Part shown: piece after piece, positions 30,249 through 43,021 of the stretch
Layout: every line of letters starts with the position of its first letter
How positions within the stretch are numbered: the stretch's first letter is position 1
NCBI GenBank assembly: GCA_947450345.1
Contig: CANFVD010000001.1
Span: 15,936 to 79,935 of the forward strand
Direction of reading: 5' to 3'
From: Actinomycetota bacterium
Lineage (GTDB): Bacteria > Actinomycetota > Actinomycetes > Actinomycetales > Microbacteriaceae
DNA: 64,000 nt
The notes under the pieces: generated by a model
What the model saw: the letters and a program-made list of their open reading frames with translations, nothing else
Database searches by the model: none
Told to the model about the DNA's origin: nothing
Position numbers and translations under genes: made by a program

Positions 30249-31022
30249 TTACTGATCCTCTCCTGCGAGAGTGGCGCGACTCCAGTAGCGCTTCTGCCAG
30301 GTGTCGAGACGGTCCTCGTTGACGACGAGGGTTGGTCCGTCTCGCCACTCCGTTACTCCCCGGATACCGTGCAGGGAGTTGAGCGCCCAGAGTTCGGCTC
30401 CGGCCAGCTCGGCGGGGGTGACGGCTTCGTCGCGAATCTCGCATCCGTCCTCCTGCGCCATCTGACGCACAACCGCAACCGTCACACTGTCGATGCGGTC
30501 GACGCTTTCGGTGGGAACTTGCAGCACGTCGCCGCGCCACCAGACGAAACACGTGGTTGCGCCGTCAGCGAGGCGACCGTCGCCATCAAGGATGACCGCC
30601 TCGTCGGCATCCGACTCTCGAGCCCGCTCGCGAAGCTGGGCCAACACCGGAATGTCCGGACCCTTGATCGTCGGCTCGGTGCGGGGGTCGTCGGGTGAGG
30701 TCCAGAGCGTTACCGTGCGGCCCAGCGGCGGAGCGGGTCGCAACCAGAGTTCCAATTCGCCCCGCTCAGTGAGGTCACACCGCGGAAACCACAGGCCCGT
30801 CTCGGGGAAATCCGCATAGGCGGCGTCGAGGAAGGCGGCGGGGGAGTTCACCATGCCCTGAGTGTCGGCATCGCGCAAAAAACGAGCGCGGTGCTGCTCG
30901 AGGGCAACGACGGCTCCGTCGCGCAGGAGAAACGAATCGGCCACAAAAAGCCCGAGCGTAGAACCCTCGACGGCGCGCAGTTCACTTCCGTTCCAGCGGT
31001 ATCGGCCCTCGGTGAGTGTCAC
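30249..31022 (-). CDS. Class IV aminotransferase family protein, probable 4-amino-4-deoxychorismate lyase
   Basis: HRARF, PTIKGPD, DEAVIL..DGATT, DSVT and NSLHG motifs; divergent from the pabB-like gene. Confidence 0.75.
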   Translation of the reverse strand: MTLTEGRYRWNGSELRAVEGSTLGLFVADSFLLRDGAVVALEQHRARFLRDADTQGMVNSPAAFLDAAYADFPETGLWFPRCDLTERGELELWLRPAPPLGRTVTLWTSPDDPRTEPTIKGPDIPVLAQLRERARESDADEAVILDGDGRLADGATTCFVWWRGDVLQVPTESVDRIDSVTVAVVRQMAQEDGCEIRDEAVTPAELAGAELWALNSLHGIRGVTEWRDGPTLVVNEDRLDTWQKRYWSRATLAGEDQ

Positions 31023-31039
31023 CGCTCTAGGCTAATACG

Positions 31040-32413
31040 GTGACACAGCCGGCCGTTCGCACGTTCGCGGCGGGATGGTGCGATCCCGAGCTGGTGTTTC
31101 TTGCGCACGTGGGCAACAGTCGCGATACCCGGGCCGACGCGTGGCCCTCTGTGGTGTGGCTGGATGCCGGACCTGATGCGAACGACGGATTCACTTACGT
31201 TGGGCTCGATATCGAGGAGCCGCTCACGCGATGGAGCGACGTGCGGGCCGCCGCAACGGTGGCCAGGCGTGCCGGTGGTGAGCCGCAGGCCACGCGCGAT
31301 GGGCAGTTCGCCCTCGGCTGGGTGGGCTGGTTGCCCTACGACACCGGAGTGCGCTGGCAAGACCCTTCTCGGGCGGAGGTGGCCTCGGGCCGAGAGGCGT
31401 GTTTTTCGCGCGTGAACACCGTGATCGAATTCGACCATGCGCGTCACGAGATGACGGTGGTGACCTGTCTCGGTGACGCGGCCATCGCCCGGGCACTCGA
31501 AACGATCGCGCGTGCGAGCGCGTCCGAAATCACGACGGTCGACTACGACGAGCGAGTTGGCGAGATGACGGGCTCGTGGCGCGACACCGATGACGAGTAC
31601 CTGGCACACATTGACGCGTGCCGTGCCGAGATTGCGTCGGGCAACGCGTATCAACTTTGTCTTACCAACTCCTACCGAGTCGACGCAACCTTCGATATGC
31701 CGAGCGCGCTCGCGGTGTATCGACGCCTCCGGCGCAGTAACCCCAGCCATCACGGCGCGTTCCTGTGTCTCGACGGCACGGCCCTGCTGAGCTCCTCGCC
31801 GGAGATTTTCCTTACGGTGACGGCAGACGGGAGCGCAACCACGAAGCCCATCAAGGGAACGCGTCCGCGCGGGGCGAACGCCGAGGAAGACCGGATGCTT
31901 CGCGATGAACTTGCTCAGAATGTCAAGGAGCGGGCAGAGAACGTGATGATTGTTGACCTCATGCGCAATGACCTCGGTCGAGTCGCTCAGGAGGGCACCA
32001 CCCGCGTCGACTCACTGCTCACCGTGGAGTCCTACGCCAACGTGCACCAACTGGTGAGCACGGTGAGTGTGCAGTTGAAGCCCGACCGCACGGCTCTCGA
32101 TGCCGTGGAGGCGTGCTTCCCCGCGGGCTCGATGACGGGCGCTCCCAAAATCAGCGCGATGCGCATTCTTTCCGACCTCGAGGGCGGTGAGCGCGGCATC
32201 TACTCGGGTGCGTTTGGATACTTCGGCGATGACGGTGCCGCTCAGCTCGCAATGGTCATCCGGTCGCTCGTCATTGACCACACGGGAGTCAGCCTCGGGT
32301 CCGGTGGTGGCATCACCATAGATTCAGACCCGCAGGAGGAGCTCGCCGAAATGCACCTCAAAGCAGCCCCGTTGCTTCGTGCGCTGAACGGCGACGATAC
32401 GCCGGTAATCTAG
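31040..32413 (+). CDS. pabB: Chorismate-binding enzyme, probable aminodeoxychorismate synthase component I
   Basis: YQLCLT, SSSPE, PIKGTRPRG, ENVMIVDLMRNDL and FPAGSMTGAPK motifs; PIKGT favours PabB over TrpE. Confidence 0.8.
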   Translation: MTQPAVRTFAAGWCDPELVFLAHVGNSRDTRADAWPSVVWLDAGPDANDGFTYVGLDIEEPLTRWSDVRAAATVARRAGGEPQATRDGQFALGWVGWLPYDTGVRWQDPSRAEVASGREACFSRVNTVIEFDHARHEMTVVTCLGDAAIARALETIARASASEITTVDYDERVGEMTGSWRDTDDEYLAHIDACRAEIASGNAYQLCLTNSYRVDATFDMPSALAVYRRLRRSNPSHHGAFLCLDGTALLSSSPEIFLTVTADGSATTKPIKGTRPRGANAEEDRMLRDELAQNVKERAENVMIVDLMRNDLGRVAQEGTTRVDSLLTVESYANVHQLVSTVSVQLKPDRTALDAVEACFPAGSMTGAPKISAMRILSDLEGGERGIYSGAFGYFGDDGAAQLAMVIRSLVIDHTGVSLGSGGGITIDSDPQEELAEMHLKAAPLLRALNGDDTPVI

Positions 32414-32419
32414 AGGGCG

Positions 32420-34963
32420 ATGAGTACCGAACAGGCAGGGACGCCCGAGAACGCCGGGGCTGACCCCCGCGACGCCGAAACCTTCGACTTTCGCTCCATT
32501 CAGGAGAAGTGGCTGCCCGTCTGGGATGAGCGCGAACCTTTCCGGGCCGACAGCCCCGCTGATGACCGCCCGCGCAAGTACGTGCTCGACATGTTCCCCT
32601 ACCCCTCGGGTGACCTCCACATGGGTCACGCCGAAGCGTATGCACTCGGCGATGTCATTGCCCGCTACTGGCGTCACCGCGGCTACAACGTGCTGCACCC
32701 CATCGGGTGGGACTCTTTTGGCCTTCCGGCCGAGAACGCGGCAATTAAGCGCAACCTGAATCCCGTCACGTGGACCTACGACAACATCGAGCAGCAGCGC
32801 ACATCGATGCGCCGTTATGCCGCATCCTTCGACTGGTCGCGCGTCATCCACACGTCTGATCCCGAGTATTACAAGTGGAACCAGTGGCTGTTCCTCCAGA
32901 TGTACAAGAAGGGCCTCGCCTACCGCAAGGATTCCTGGGTGAACTGGGATCCGGTCGACCAAACGGTGCTGGCTAACGAACAGGTGATGCCCGACGGCAC
33001 CTCGGAGCGTTCCGGTGCCATCGTCGTCAAGAAGAAGCTCACCCAGTGGTACTTCCGCATTACCGAGTACGCCGACCGCCTTCTCGATGACCTCGACAAG
33101 CTCGAGGGTGCCTGGCCGTCCAAGGTGCTCACCATGCAGCGCAACTGGATTGGCCGCTCGCGCGGCGCCGACGTTGCCTTCGAGATCGAAGGACGCCCTG
33201 AGCCTGTGACGGTGTTCACCACACGCCCCGATACGCTCTGGGGTGCCACATTTATGGTGGTTGCCCCCGATGCCGACCTCGCCAGCGAACTCGTGGCCGA
33301 AGCCGATGCCGACGTGCAGTTGGCCTTCACCGAGTACCTCACGGAGACGCAGAAAGCCACCGAGATCGAGCGGCAGAATGCCGATCGCCCCAAGACAGGA
33401 GTCTTCCTCGGGCGTTACGCCATCAACCCCGTGAATGGCGAGCGCATCCCCGTGTGGGCCGCCGATTACGTTCTGGCCGACTACGGTCACGGCGCCATCA
33501 TGGCGGTACCCGCACACGACCAGCGCGACCTCGACTTTGCGCGCACCTACGACCTGCCGATTCGCGTTGTCGTGGAACAGGCACCTGTCGAGCCCGGTGA
33601 GACCAACGACCCCGCCATCACGGGTAAGGCGCTCGCCGGAGACGGCAAACTCGTCAACTCCGGACCGCTCGACGGTCTGACTAAGGTTGACGCCATCGAG
33701 CGCGCCATCGCCGTGCTGGCGGAGCGTGGAACCGGCGCGGCGGCCACCAACTTCCGCCTGCGCGATTGGCTCATCTCACGCCAGCGCTATTGGGGAACAC
33801 CCATCCCTATCATTCACGCCGAGGACGGCACTGAGATCCCCGTTCCCGAAGACCAGCTTCCCGTGGTCTTGCCGCCCACCGAGGGCCTCAATCTGCAGCC
33901 CAAGGGCTCATCGCCCCTCGGCGCTGCCGAGGACTGGGTGAACGTACCGAGCCCCATCGATGGATCGCCCGCGCGTCGCGACCCCGACACCATGGACACC
34001 TTCGTCGACAGTTCGTGGTATTTCCTGCGCTTCCTGTCCCCGAACGACGACACCCAGGCCTTCGATCCAGCACAGGCCAAGCGCTGGGCGCCCGTAGATC
34101 AGTATGTCGGCGGCGTGACTCACGCCATTCTGCACTTGCTCTACGCCCGCTTCATCACCAAGGTGCTGTTCGACCTCGGGTTGGTCGACTTCGACGAGCC
34201 GTTCACCGCGCTGCTCAACCAGGGCATGGTTCTCATGGACGGTTCGGCCATGAGCAAGTCAAAGGGCAACATCGTCAAGCTGTCGGATCAGCTCGAGGAG
34301 CACGGTATTGACGCCGTGCGTCTCACCATGGCGTTCGCTGGTCCGCCCGAGGATGACATCGACTGGGCCGATGTGTCGCCCGCTGCGAGTAACAAGTTTC
34401 TTGCACGCGCCTGGCGTATGGCTGGCGACGTGACAAGCGCGCCGGGCACTGACCCGGCATCCGGTGATGCGGCCCTGCGCCGTGTGACCCACGCCCTCCT
34501 TGCGGATGCACCGGCACTCGTTGAGTCGTTCAAGTTCAATGTTCTCGTGGCCCGCCTGATGGAACTGGTCAACGTCACGCGCAAGGTGATTGACTCGGGT
34601 GCTGGTGGAGCCGATCCGGCGGTGCGCGAGGCCGCCGAGGTGACCGCCCTGATGCTTGATCTTTACGCGCCGTACACCTCCGAAGAGATGTGGTCGATGC
34701 TCGGCCATGAGCCGTGTGTGTCGCTCGTTGAGTGGCCCGTGGCCGACGCCTCGCTGCTCGTGCACGACTCGGTCACGGCAGTGGTTCAGGTTGATGGCAA
34801 AGTGCGCGATCGCCTTGAGGTGTCTCCCGATATCGCCGACGACGAGTTTGAGCGTCTGGCTCGCGACCTGCCGGGCGTCGTGCGCGCCCTCGAGGGTCGC
34901 GAGATTGTGAACGTCATTGTGCGAGCTCCCAAGCTCGTCAATATCGCGACAAAACCCGCTTAG
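32420..34963 (+). CDS. leuS: Leucine--tRNA ligase
   Basis: [39 protein letters not shown] and AMSKSKGN motifs. Confidence 0.98.
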   Translation: MSTEQAGTPENAGADPRDAETFDFRSIQEKWLPVWDEREPFRADSPADDRPRKYVLDMFPYPSGDLHMGHAEAYALGDVIARYWRHRGYNVLHPIGWDSFGLPAENAAIKRNLNPVTWTYDNIEQQRTSMRRYAASFDWSRVIHTSDPEYYKWNQWLFLQMYKKGLAYRKDSWVNWDPVDQTVLANEQVMPDGTSERSGAIVVKKKLTQWYFRITEYADRLLDDLDKLEGAWPSKVLTMQRNWIGRSRGADVAFEIEGRPEPVTVFTTRPDTLWGATFMVVAPDADLASELVAEADADVQLAFTEYLTETQKATEIERQNADRPKTGVFLGRYAINPVNGERIPVWAADYVLADYGHGAIMAVPAHDQRDLDFARTYDLPIRVVVEQAPVEPGETNDPAITGKALAGDGKLVNSGPLDGLTKVDAIERAIAVLAERGTGAAATNFRLRDWLISRQRYWGTPIPIIHAEDGTEIPVPEDQLPVVLPPTEGLNLQPKGSSPLGAAEDWVNVPSPIDGSPARRDPDTMDTFVDSSWYFLRFLSPNDDTQAFDPAQAKRWAPVDQYVGGVTHAILHLLYARFITKVLFDLGLVDFDEPFTALLNQGMVLMDGSAMSKSKGNIVKLSDQLEEHGIDAVRLTMAFAGPPEDDIDWADVSPAASNKFLARAWRMAGDVTSAPGTDPASGDAALRRVTHALLADAPALVESFKFNVLVARLMELVNVTRKVIDSGAGGADPAVREAAEVTALMLDLYAPYTSEEMWSMLGHEPCVSLVEWPVADASLLVHDSVTAVVQVDGKVRDRLEVSPDIADDEFERLARDLPGVVRALEGREIVNVIVRAPKLVNIATKPA

Positions 34964-35066
34964 TCGCAAAGCGGTAACCTCTCGCCCACAGCGCGATGGC
35001 AGCGACCTGTTTCGCAACCGACCGCGCTCCAGCCTCGTTGCCGCTGCCGCTCGGTAACGTCACGCC

Positions 35067-35705
35067 GTGCGTTCTCGTCTGAGTTGGATCATCACATCCG
35101 TCGTTGGCGTTGTCGTGGTCTCGATTGCTGTTGTGACGGCACTGAACGCCGGTTCGTCATCGCGCACGATTCCCGTTGTCGTCCCGACAGCGCTGCTGAG
35201 TACAGGAGAGCCTGGCCTGTCGACGGGCCCCGCCGGTGAGGGGTCATTTTCGTCGTCGACATCGCCGGAGATTTACGTTCACGTCGTGGGCGGTGTGGTG
35301 CGCCCAGGGCTGTACCGCCTCGCGCCGGGTTCGCGCATCATCGATGCCGTCATGGCGGCCGGGGGACTGGCGCCGGATGGTTCGCAGTGTCAGGTCAACT
35401 TGGCTCGGATGGTCACTGACGGCGAGCAGGTCGTGGTGCCGCAGGCTCCGCCCGGCACGCCGTGTCGTTCAGTGCAGGCAGGCGGTGGCTCGTCGGGTGG
35501 GGTGACGGGAAGTGGCCCGGTGAGTCTGTCCACGGCCACACTTGAGCAGCTCGATGCGCTTCCCGGCATTGGTTCGGCCTTGGCGCAACGAATCATCGAT
35601 TACCGGGAAGCGAATGGGGGATTTCGCAGCGTCGATCAATTGAACGAGGTGTCGGGCATCGGATCAAAGGTTTTGGCAAACATTGCTCCGCTCGTTACGC
35701 CGTAG
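35067..35705 (+). CDS. comEA: ComEA family DNA-binding protein
   Basis: N-terminal TM, SLBB domain VHVVGGVVRPGLY, HhH motifs LPGIG and VSGIG. Confidence 0.9.
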   Translation: MRSRLSWIITSVVGVVVVSIAVVTALNAGSSSRTIPVVVPTALLSTGEPGLSTGPAGEGSFSSSTSPEIYVHVVGGVVRPGLYRLAPGSRIIDAVMAAGGLAPDGSQCQVNLARMVTDGEQVVVPQAPPGTPCRSVQAGGGSSGGVTGSGPVSLSTATLEQLDALPGIGSALAQRIIDYREANGGFRSVDQLNEVSGIGSKVLANIAPLVTP

Positions 35706-37632
35706 GGGTATCGACCTGCGCCTGGCCCTCGTGGCGGCCGTGGTGTGGGCACTTCAACTTGTCATCACGTTGTCGACGCGCAACGACAACACCTCCGAAC
35801 GTGCCGAATCGATGGCACCGCCCGAGTGGCAACAGTCGTTCGCCGAGGTGGTGCGCGGACTCCCCGGTGATGGCGGCGCCCTCGTGCCGGGTCTGACGCT
35901 GGGGGACACCTCGATGGTTAGCCACGGGTTGTCCAGTGCGATGCGCGTGGCCTCACTCACGCACCTCACGGCCGTCTCGGGGGCGAACTGCGCCATCGTC
36001 ACAGTGAGCGTGATGGCGTTGGCCGCCCTGCTGGGCGCACCGCGCTGGACGCGGGTGTTGGCTGGCCTCATCGCTCTCGTGGGTTTCGTCATGGTGGTGG
36101 GACTCCAACCGAGCGTCGTTCGAGCCGCGGTCATGGCAGCTGTCGTTCTCCTTTCGGTGGCTTCGGGGCGTCCGGGCGCGGGCATCCCCGTGGTGTCGTT
36201 TGCGGTGTGCGTCTTGCTGCTCATCTTTCCCGCCTGGTCTGTGTCGCCGGGGTTCACGCTGTCGGTCGCTGCGACTGTGGCCATCCTGACCCTTGCGCCC
36301 GTGTTGGCACGCCGGTTCGTGGAATGGGCTGAGGCGTTGTTCGAACGGTGGTCGGCGCAGCGCTGGTTTATGAAAACGTCGCCAACCAAGCGTCGAAACG
36401 CGGCCCTCGTCCTCGCGGTTCCCGTCTCCACACAATTGGTGTGCCAACCGCTCATCGTTCTTTTTGCCCCGGTGTGGCCCACCTACGGTGTGATCGCCAA
36501 CATGCTCGCCGAGCCGGCGGCTCCGCTCGCCACGATTATCGGAATGCTGGCTTTCGTTGTGGCGCCCGTTGCGCCGTGGCTCGCGCACGCGCTTGCGTGG
36601 GTGGGGTGGGTCCCCGCCGCGTGGATTGCCGCGGTGGCCACCACTGTGGCGCGATTACCGCTGGCGAGCCTGCCGTGGCTCGACGGACTCAGCGGTGTCG
36701 CCTGCATGGCGGCGGCGAGTGTTTTTCTGTGTCTCGTGATTTTGGCCCGCCGGAGACCATTTCGGACGGCGGGGGCGGTCGGCACAGCATTTACGCTCGG
36801 GCTGTCCCTCGTTGTGGGGCTGACACATTCCGTGGGCGTCCTCGTGACGCGCCCCGCCGACTGGCGGATCGCCATGTGCGATGTGGGTCAGGGGGATGCG
36901 TTTGTCGTGCGCGGATTCGACCAAGGTGGCGCGCCGCACCAGATTCTCGTGGACACGGGTCGACATCCCGAGTTGGTCGACGCGTGCCTGCGCGAACTGG
37001 ACATCTCCACGCTGGACGTCGTGATGTTGACCCACTTCGACATGGATCACGCGGGCGGGATTGAGGCGCTCTACGGTCACACATCGAGAGCCGTAATCTC
37101 GGCTCCCCAGCGCGCGGGCGATGTCTGGGTCGTTGGCGACATGATCTCCCACGGCATCAAGGTGTCACGTGCGACGGCGGGGCAGCATCTCTCCCTCGGC
37201 GACACGGAATGTACGATCCTGTGGCCGGCGCCCGGTCATCCCAGCATGCAGGGTGGCAACCCCGGCAGCATCGCACTCAGCGTTGTGGCACCGGGTTTCA
37301 CGGCTCTTTTTCTGGCCGACCTCGGGGAGGAAGCGCAAAACGCGCTTCTCGCAGATCATCCCGGTCTGGGACGTGTCGACATCGTCAAGGTGGCGCACCA
37401 CGGATCGGCAGATCAGTCGTCTCGGCTCATGGCGGTATTGCATCCCCGGTTGGCTTTGCTGTCCGTCGGGCGCGACAACGGCTACGGGCATCCCACACAC
37501 AAGACACTGGACCTGATTGAGAGTGTGGGGGCCCGCAGCGAACGAACCGATCTATCGGGCATGGTTTTGATCTCTGCCTCTCTCGGCGACCTGCGCGTGT
37601 GGAGAGCGAGCGGTGGGGGTGGGTCTGGCTAG
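35683..37632 (+). CDS. comEC: ComEC/Rec2 competence protein (short N-terminus)
   Basis: HLTAVSGAN, PSVVRAAVM, DVGQGDA, THFDMDH, KVAHHGS and NGYGHP motifs; start uncertain. Confidence 0.88.
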   Translation: MLRSLRRRGIDLRLALVAAVVWALQLVITLSTRNDNTSERAESMAPPEWQQSFAEVVRGLPGDGGALVPGLTLGDTSMVSHGLSSAMRVASLTHLTAVSGANCAIVTVSVMALAALLGAPRWTRVLAGLIALVGFVMVVGLQPSVVRAAVMAAVVLLSVASGRPGAGIPVVSFAVCVLLLIFPAWSVSPGFTLSVAATVAILTLAPVLARRFVEWAEALFERWSAQRWFMKTSPTKRRNAALVLAVPVSTQLVCQPLIVLFAPVWPTYGVIANMLAEPAAPLATIIGMLAFVVAPVAPWLAHALAWVGWVPAAWIAAVATTVARLPLASLPWLDGLSGVACMAAASVFLCLVILARRRPFRTAGAVGTAFTLGLSLVVGLTHSVGVLVTRPADWRIAMCDVGQGDAFVVRGFDQGGAPHQILVDTGRHPELVDACLRELDISTLDVVMLTHFDMDHAGGIEALYGHTSRAVISAPQRAGDVWVVGDMISHGIKVSRATAGQHLSLGDTECTILWPAPGHPSMQGGNPGSIALSVVAPGFTALFLADLGEEAQNALLADHPGLGRVDIVKVAHHGSADQSSRLMAVLHPRLALLSVGRDNGYGHPTHKTLDLIESVGARSERTDLSGMVLISASLGDLRVWRASGGGGSG

Positions 37633-37673
37633 GCTAAACACGGCAGAGTCCACCACCGGCTAAGGAATCTTTC

Positions 37674-38702
37674 GTGGCAACCGCATCGGGTCGATCGAGC
37701 AAGGTCAAGACCTCCGTCGCCATCCCGCAACTGGGCTGGCGCGAGGCGCGACCGGCGACGGTCGTGTTGGTCACGGGACCCGAAGAGTTTCTTGCCGAAC
37801 GCGCCATCACGTCTGTCCGCCAGCAATTGCGTGCGGCAGATCCGTCGCTCGAGGTGTCCGACCTCGATGCCGCTTCGTATGCCACGGGGCAGTTGCTCAC
37901 TCTCGCGAGTCCGTCACTCTTTGGTGAGCCGCGCTTGATTCGTGTGTCGAGCGTCGAAAAGTGCACCGACGAGTTCATTGAGGATGTGGTTTCCTACCTC
38001 TCGGCTCCCGACGCCGACACCACTCTCGTGCTGCGTCACGGCGGCGGTGTGCGGGGCAAGAAGATTCTCGACACGATTCGGGTGGGCACCGGCGGTGGCA
38101 TCGAGGTGATTGTCGACGAGCTCAAGTCGGACAACGACAAGTTCGAGTTTGCCCTCGCCGAGTTCGACGCCGGTGACCGGCGCATCACGCCCGGTGCGGT
38201 GCGCGGTCTCGTGGCAGCTTTCTCCTCGAACGGCGCCGAGTTGGCTGCAGCCTGCCAACAGCTCATGGCCGATACCTCGGGCGACATCGATGAGCGAGAT
38301 GTCGACACTTACTACGGCGGCCGCGCCGAAGCCACCGCGTTTCGTGTGGCCGACATCGCCATCGCGGGTCGCCCCGGCGATGCACTCATTTCGTTGCGCA
38401 ACGCACTGGAGTCGGGCGCCGACCCGGTACCGATGGTCGCGGCCTTTGCAAGCAAGCTGCGGGTGATGGCGCGTGTCATGGGCGATCGACGGTCGTCGGG
38501 CGAGTTAGCGGGCGCCATTGGGGCGGCGCCCTGGCAGATTGACCGAGCCCGACGCGATCTGAGCGGCTGGAGCGAGGGTGGCTTGGCTGCCGCCATCGTT
38601 GCGGTGGCCGCCGCTGACGCCAACGTCAAGGGAGCCACCCGTGACCCGGTCTATGCCCTGGAGCGCATGGTCAATGTGGTGGCCAATTACGGGCTGACTT
38701 AA
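37674..38702 (+). CDS. holA: DNA polymerase III delta subunit
   Basis: GPEEFLAERA and ASPSLFGEPR motifs; canonical comEC-holA-rpsT order. Confidence 0.92.
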   Translation: MATASGRSSKVKTSVAIPQLGWREARPATVVLVTGPEEFLAERAITSVRQQLRAADPSLEVSDLDAASYATGQLLTLASPSLFGEPRLIRVSSVEKCTDEFIEDVVSYLSAPDADTTLVLRHGGGVRGKKILDTIRVGTGGGIEVIVDELKSDNDKFEFALAEFDAGDRRITPGAVRGLVAAFSSNGAELAAACQQLMADTSGDIDERDVDTYYGGRAEATAFRVADIAIAGRPGDALISLRNALESGADPVPMVAAFASKLRVMARVMGDRRSSGELAGAIGAAPWQIDRARRDLSGWSEGGLAAAIVAVAAADANVKGATRDPVYALERMVNVVANYGLT

Positions 38703-38735
38703 AAAAACGATGCCCCGCCGAAGCGGGACACCGTT
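38701..38735 (-). terminator. Intrinsic terminator of rpsT
   Basis: Minus strand AACGGTGTCCCGC-TTCG-GCGGGGCATCGTT followed by a T tract. Confidence 0.8.
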
Positions 38736-38761
38736 GAACGTGCGTTGTGCGGGCGTTCGCT

Positions 38762-39022
38762 CTAGAGCGATGCGGCCTTGGCAGCAATAGCCGACTTGCG
38801 GTTAGCGCCCTGGTTCTTGTGCAGCACACCCTTGCTGACGGCCTTGTCGATCTTGCGACCGGCAACGCGCACGGCATCTGCTGCAGCAGCCTTGTCGCCC
38901 GAAGCAATGGCCGTGCGTGCCGAGCGAATGGCGGTCTTGACCTCGCTCTTCACCGCCTTGTTGCGCTCGTGCGCCTTGGCGTTGGTGAGGTTGCGCTTGA
39001 TTTGCGACTTGATATTTGCCAC
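38762..39022 (-). CDS. rpsT: 30S ribosomal protein S20
   Basis: [10 protein letters not shown]...[19 protein letters not shown]. Confidence 0.98.
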   Translation of the reverse strand: MANIKSQIKRNLTNAKAHERNKAVKSEVKTAIRSARTAIASGDKAAAADAVRVAGRKIDKAVSKGVLHKNQGANRKSAIAAKAASL

Positions 39023-39217
39023 TGAAATTACCTTCGTTTTGTCACGTCCCGCACAAGGGCGAGCGTGGAGTTTGACTGTCGGGGTTGTTTCGGGCGATAG
39101 AGGGGCGCCTTCTACATACCTCGCGGGTGTGGGATTCCGCGAAAGTCTGTGTTCAGGCTATCAGTTGCCGGGCATTGTGCGAAAACCGCGGGTTAAGTCG
39201 TGGGAGACTTGAGCGTC

Positions 39218-41067
<1,850 letters not shown>

Positions 41068-41068
<1 letters not shown>

Positions 41069-41778
41069 TGCGGCGCCGAGCAACGTTCAGAGACGCGGCC
41101 GTGTCTTATGCGGCCGTCGGAGCAACCGCCGCGCCCGATGTTCTGGCCTATCCTCCCCGGGGATTTAGGTCCTCGGCCACGACCTGGCACATCGGGAGTG
41201 GCGAACAACGCTTCGAGTGGTGCGAAGAGAACCTTCTGTCGTGGCGAATGATTGACGCCGCTGGCTTCCGACTCGAACACGTCGAACGCTCTACGGAGGG
41301 CGGTTACGCCGGTGCGGGAGCAACGGCCTTTCACACGAATACGACCACGGGCGAGGTTGTCTACGCCGCCGACGGGAGAGGGTTCATCACTCCCGGTGAT
41401 GTGGTGACCATTCTGTGGGGACGATCGGGCAAGCGGCGCGAACGCCACTTCCGCGTGGTTGCCGTGACACGCGAGCTCAATGTTGTGTCGGTGTCGCTGG
41501 GAACGCTTGATCGAGAGCCGTTCGTTGGCGAATTCCTTATTGGCATCGAGTACCGTGACGACGACACCGTGTGGTCGCGCGTTGTCCAAGTTGTGGCACC
41601 CGGTGAAGCCCGGTGGTCGCGCCTACTCTTCCCGCTCGTCTTACTCGTTCTGTCCCGCGTTCGCGGCCGTCTCGCCCGAGGCCTGAATCCGGCCCGAGTC
41701 GCCCACGCACGCGAAACCGTGGCCGGAGAAGACGCCGAGATGCGCGACGCCACCGAGCCGGGTTCTTCGGCCGACTAG
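41068..41778 (+). CDS. DUF1990-like protein
   Basis: SYAAVGAT..YPPRGF, IGSGEQRF and GTL..PFVGE motifs; overlaps the lepA stop and the hemW start. Confidence 0.7.
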
Positions 41779-42995
41779 TGGCCGGTCCGCTCCCCGAGGG
41801 TCAACGACCCGCTCCCGACGGAAGCCTTCCCGCGGGAATCACGCCGAACGTCGCGACTCCGCTTTCTGCCTATGTGCACGTTCCCTACTGTCGCGTGCGC
41901 TGCGGCTACTGCGACTTCAACACCTATACGAGTGATGAACTGCGTGGGTCGCGTCGCGACACCTACGTTGAGGTGGTGGCGCGGGAGATCGAACTGGCAC
42001 ACCGCGTTATGGGCGAGGCAGGCGGCCTGCGTCGCTTGGACACCGTTTTCTTCGGCGGGGGAACCCCCACGCTCCTTCCGGCGCACGACCTCATAGCCAT
42101 GCGTGAAAATCTTGCGTCTCGCTTCGGGATATCGGCCCACGCCGAGATCACCACAGAGGCCAATCCCGATTCCGTTGATCTGGCCTACCTCCAGGAGCTG
42201 GCTGAGGGAGGCTTCACGCGTGTCAGCTTTGGGGTGCAGTCGGTGGTCCCGCATGTCCTCGCCACTCTCGATCGCACGCACGATCCCGAACGTGTCGGTG
42301 ATGTCATCACTGCCGCGCGTTCGGCAGGCCTCAACGTGAGTATCGATCTCATCTACGGCACGCCGGGGGAGTCACTCGACGATTGGCGCCGATCGCTCGA
42401 TGCTGTGCTCGAGTGGGGGGTGGACCACGTGTCGGCGTACGCCCTGATTGTCGAGGAGGGCACTGCTCTCGAGCGCCGCATTCGCCGGGGAGAAATTGCG
42501 GCGGTTGACGACGACCTGCACGCCGACATGTACGAGATGGCTGACGACATTTTTGCGTCGGCCGGTCTCGAGTGGTACGAAATCAGCAACTGGTCGCGCA
42601 CGGCGGAGACCCGCTCGCAACACAACCTCGCCTACTGGCGCGGTCACGACTGGTGGGGTTTTGGTCCGGGTGCCCACTCTCACGTTGCTGGGGCGCGCTG
42701 GTGGAACGTCAAACATCCAGCTGAGTATGAACGGCTCCTCACGTCTGGCATCACGCCGGCGGCGGGCTACGAGGTTCCTACCGCCGAAGAGCGTGAGCTC
42801 GAACGACTGATGTTGGGGCTGCGGGTGAGCGAGGGTGTTGCTGCGGGCGCGGTCAACATCGCCACGGTCACCGAATTGGTCGAGACCGGCCTGCTTAACG
42901 ACGAAGCCGCCCGAACCGGTCAACTGGTGTTGACGCGGAACGGACGGCTACGTGCGGATGAAGTGGTTCGTCGACTCGTCGAAACAAGCGACTGA
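41778..42995 (+). CDS. hemW: Radical SAM heme chaperone HemW
   Basis: YVHVPYCRVRCGYCDFN, FFGGGTPT, YEISNW and HNLAYW motifs. Confidence 0.93.
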   Translation: MAGPLPEGQRPAPDGSLPAGITPNVATPLSAYVHVPYCRVRCGYCDFNTYTSDELRGSRRDTYVEVVAREIELAHRVMGEAGGLRRLDTVFFGGGTPTLLPAHDLIAMRENLASRFGISAHAEITTEANPDSVDLAYLQELAEGGFTRVSFGVQSVVPHVLATLDRTHDPERVGDVITAARSAGLNVSIDLIYGTPGESLDDWRRSLDAVLEWGVDHVSAYALIVEEGTALERRIRRGEIAAVDDDLHADMYEMADDIFASAGLEWYEISNWSRTAETRSQHNLAYWRGHDWWGFGPGAHSHVAGARWWNVKHPAEYERLLTSGITPAAGYEVPTAEERELERLMLGLRVSEGVAAGAVNIATVTELVETGLLNDEAARTGQLVLTRNGRLRADEVVRRLVETSD

Positions 42996-43021
42996 CGACT
43001 CACGCCTCCGCGACGGGCGCC

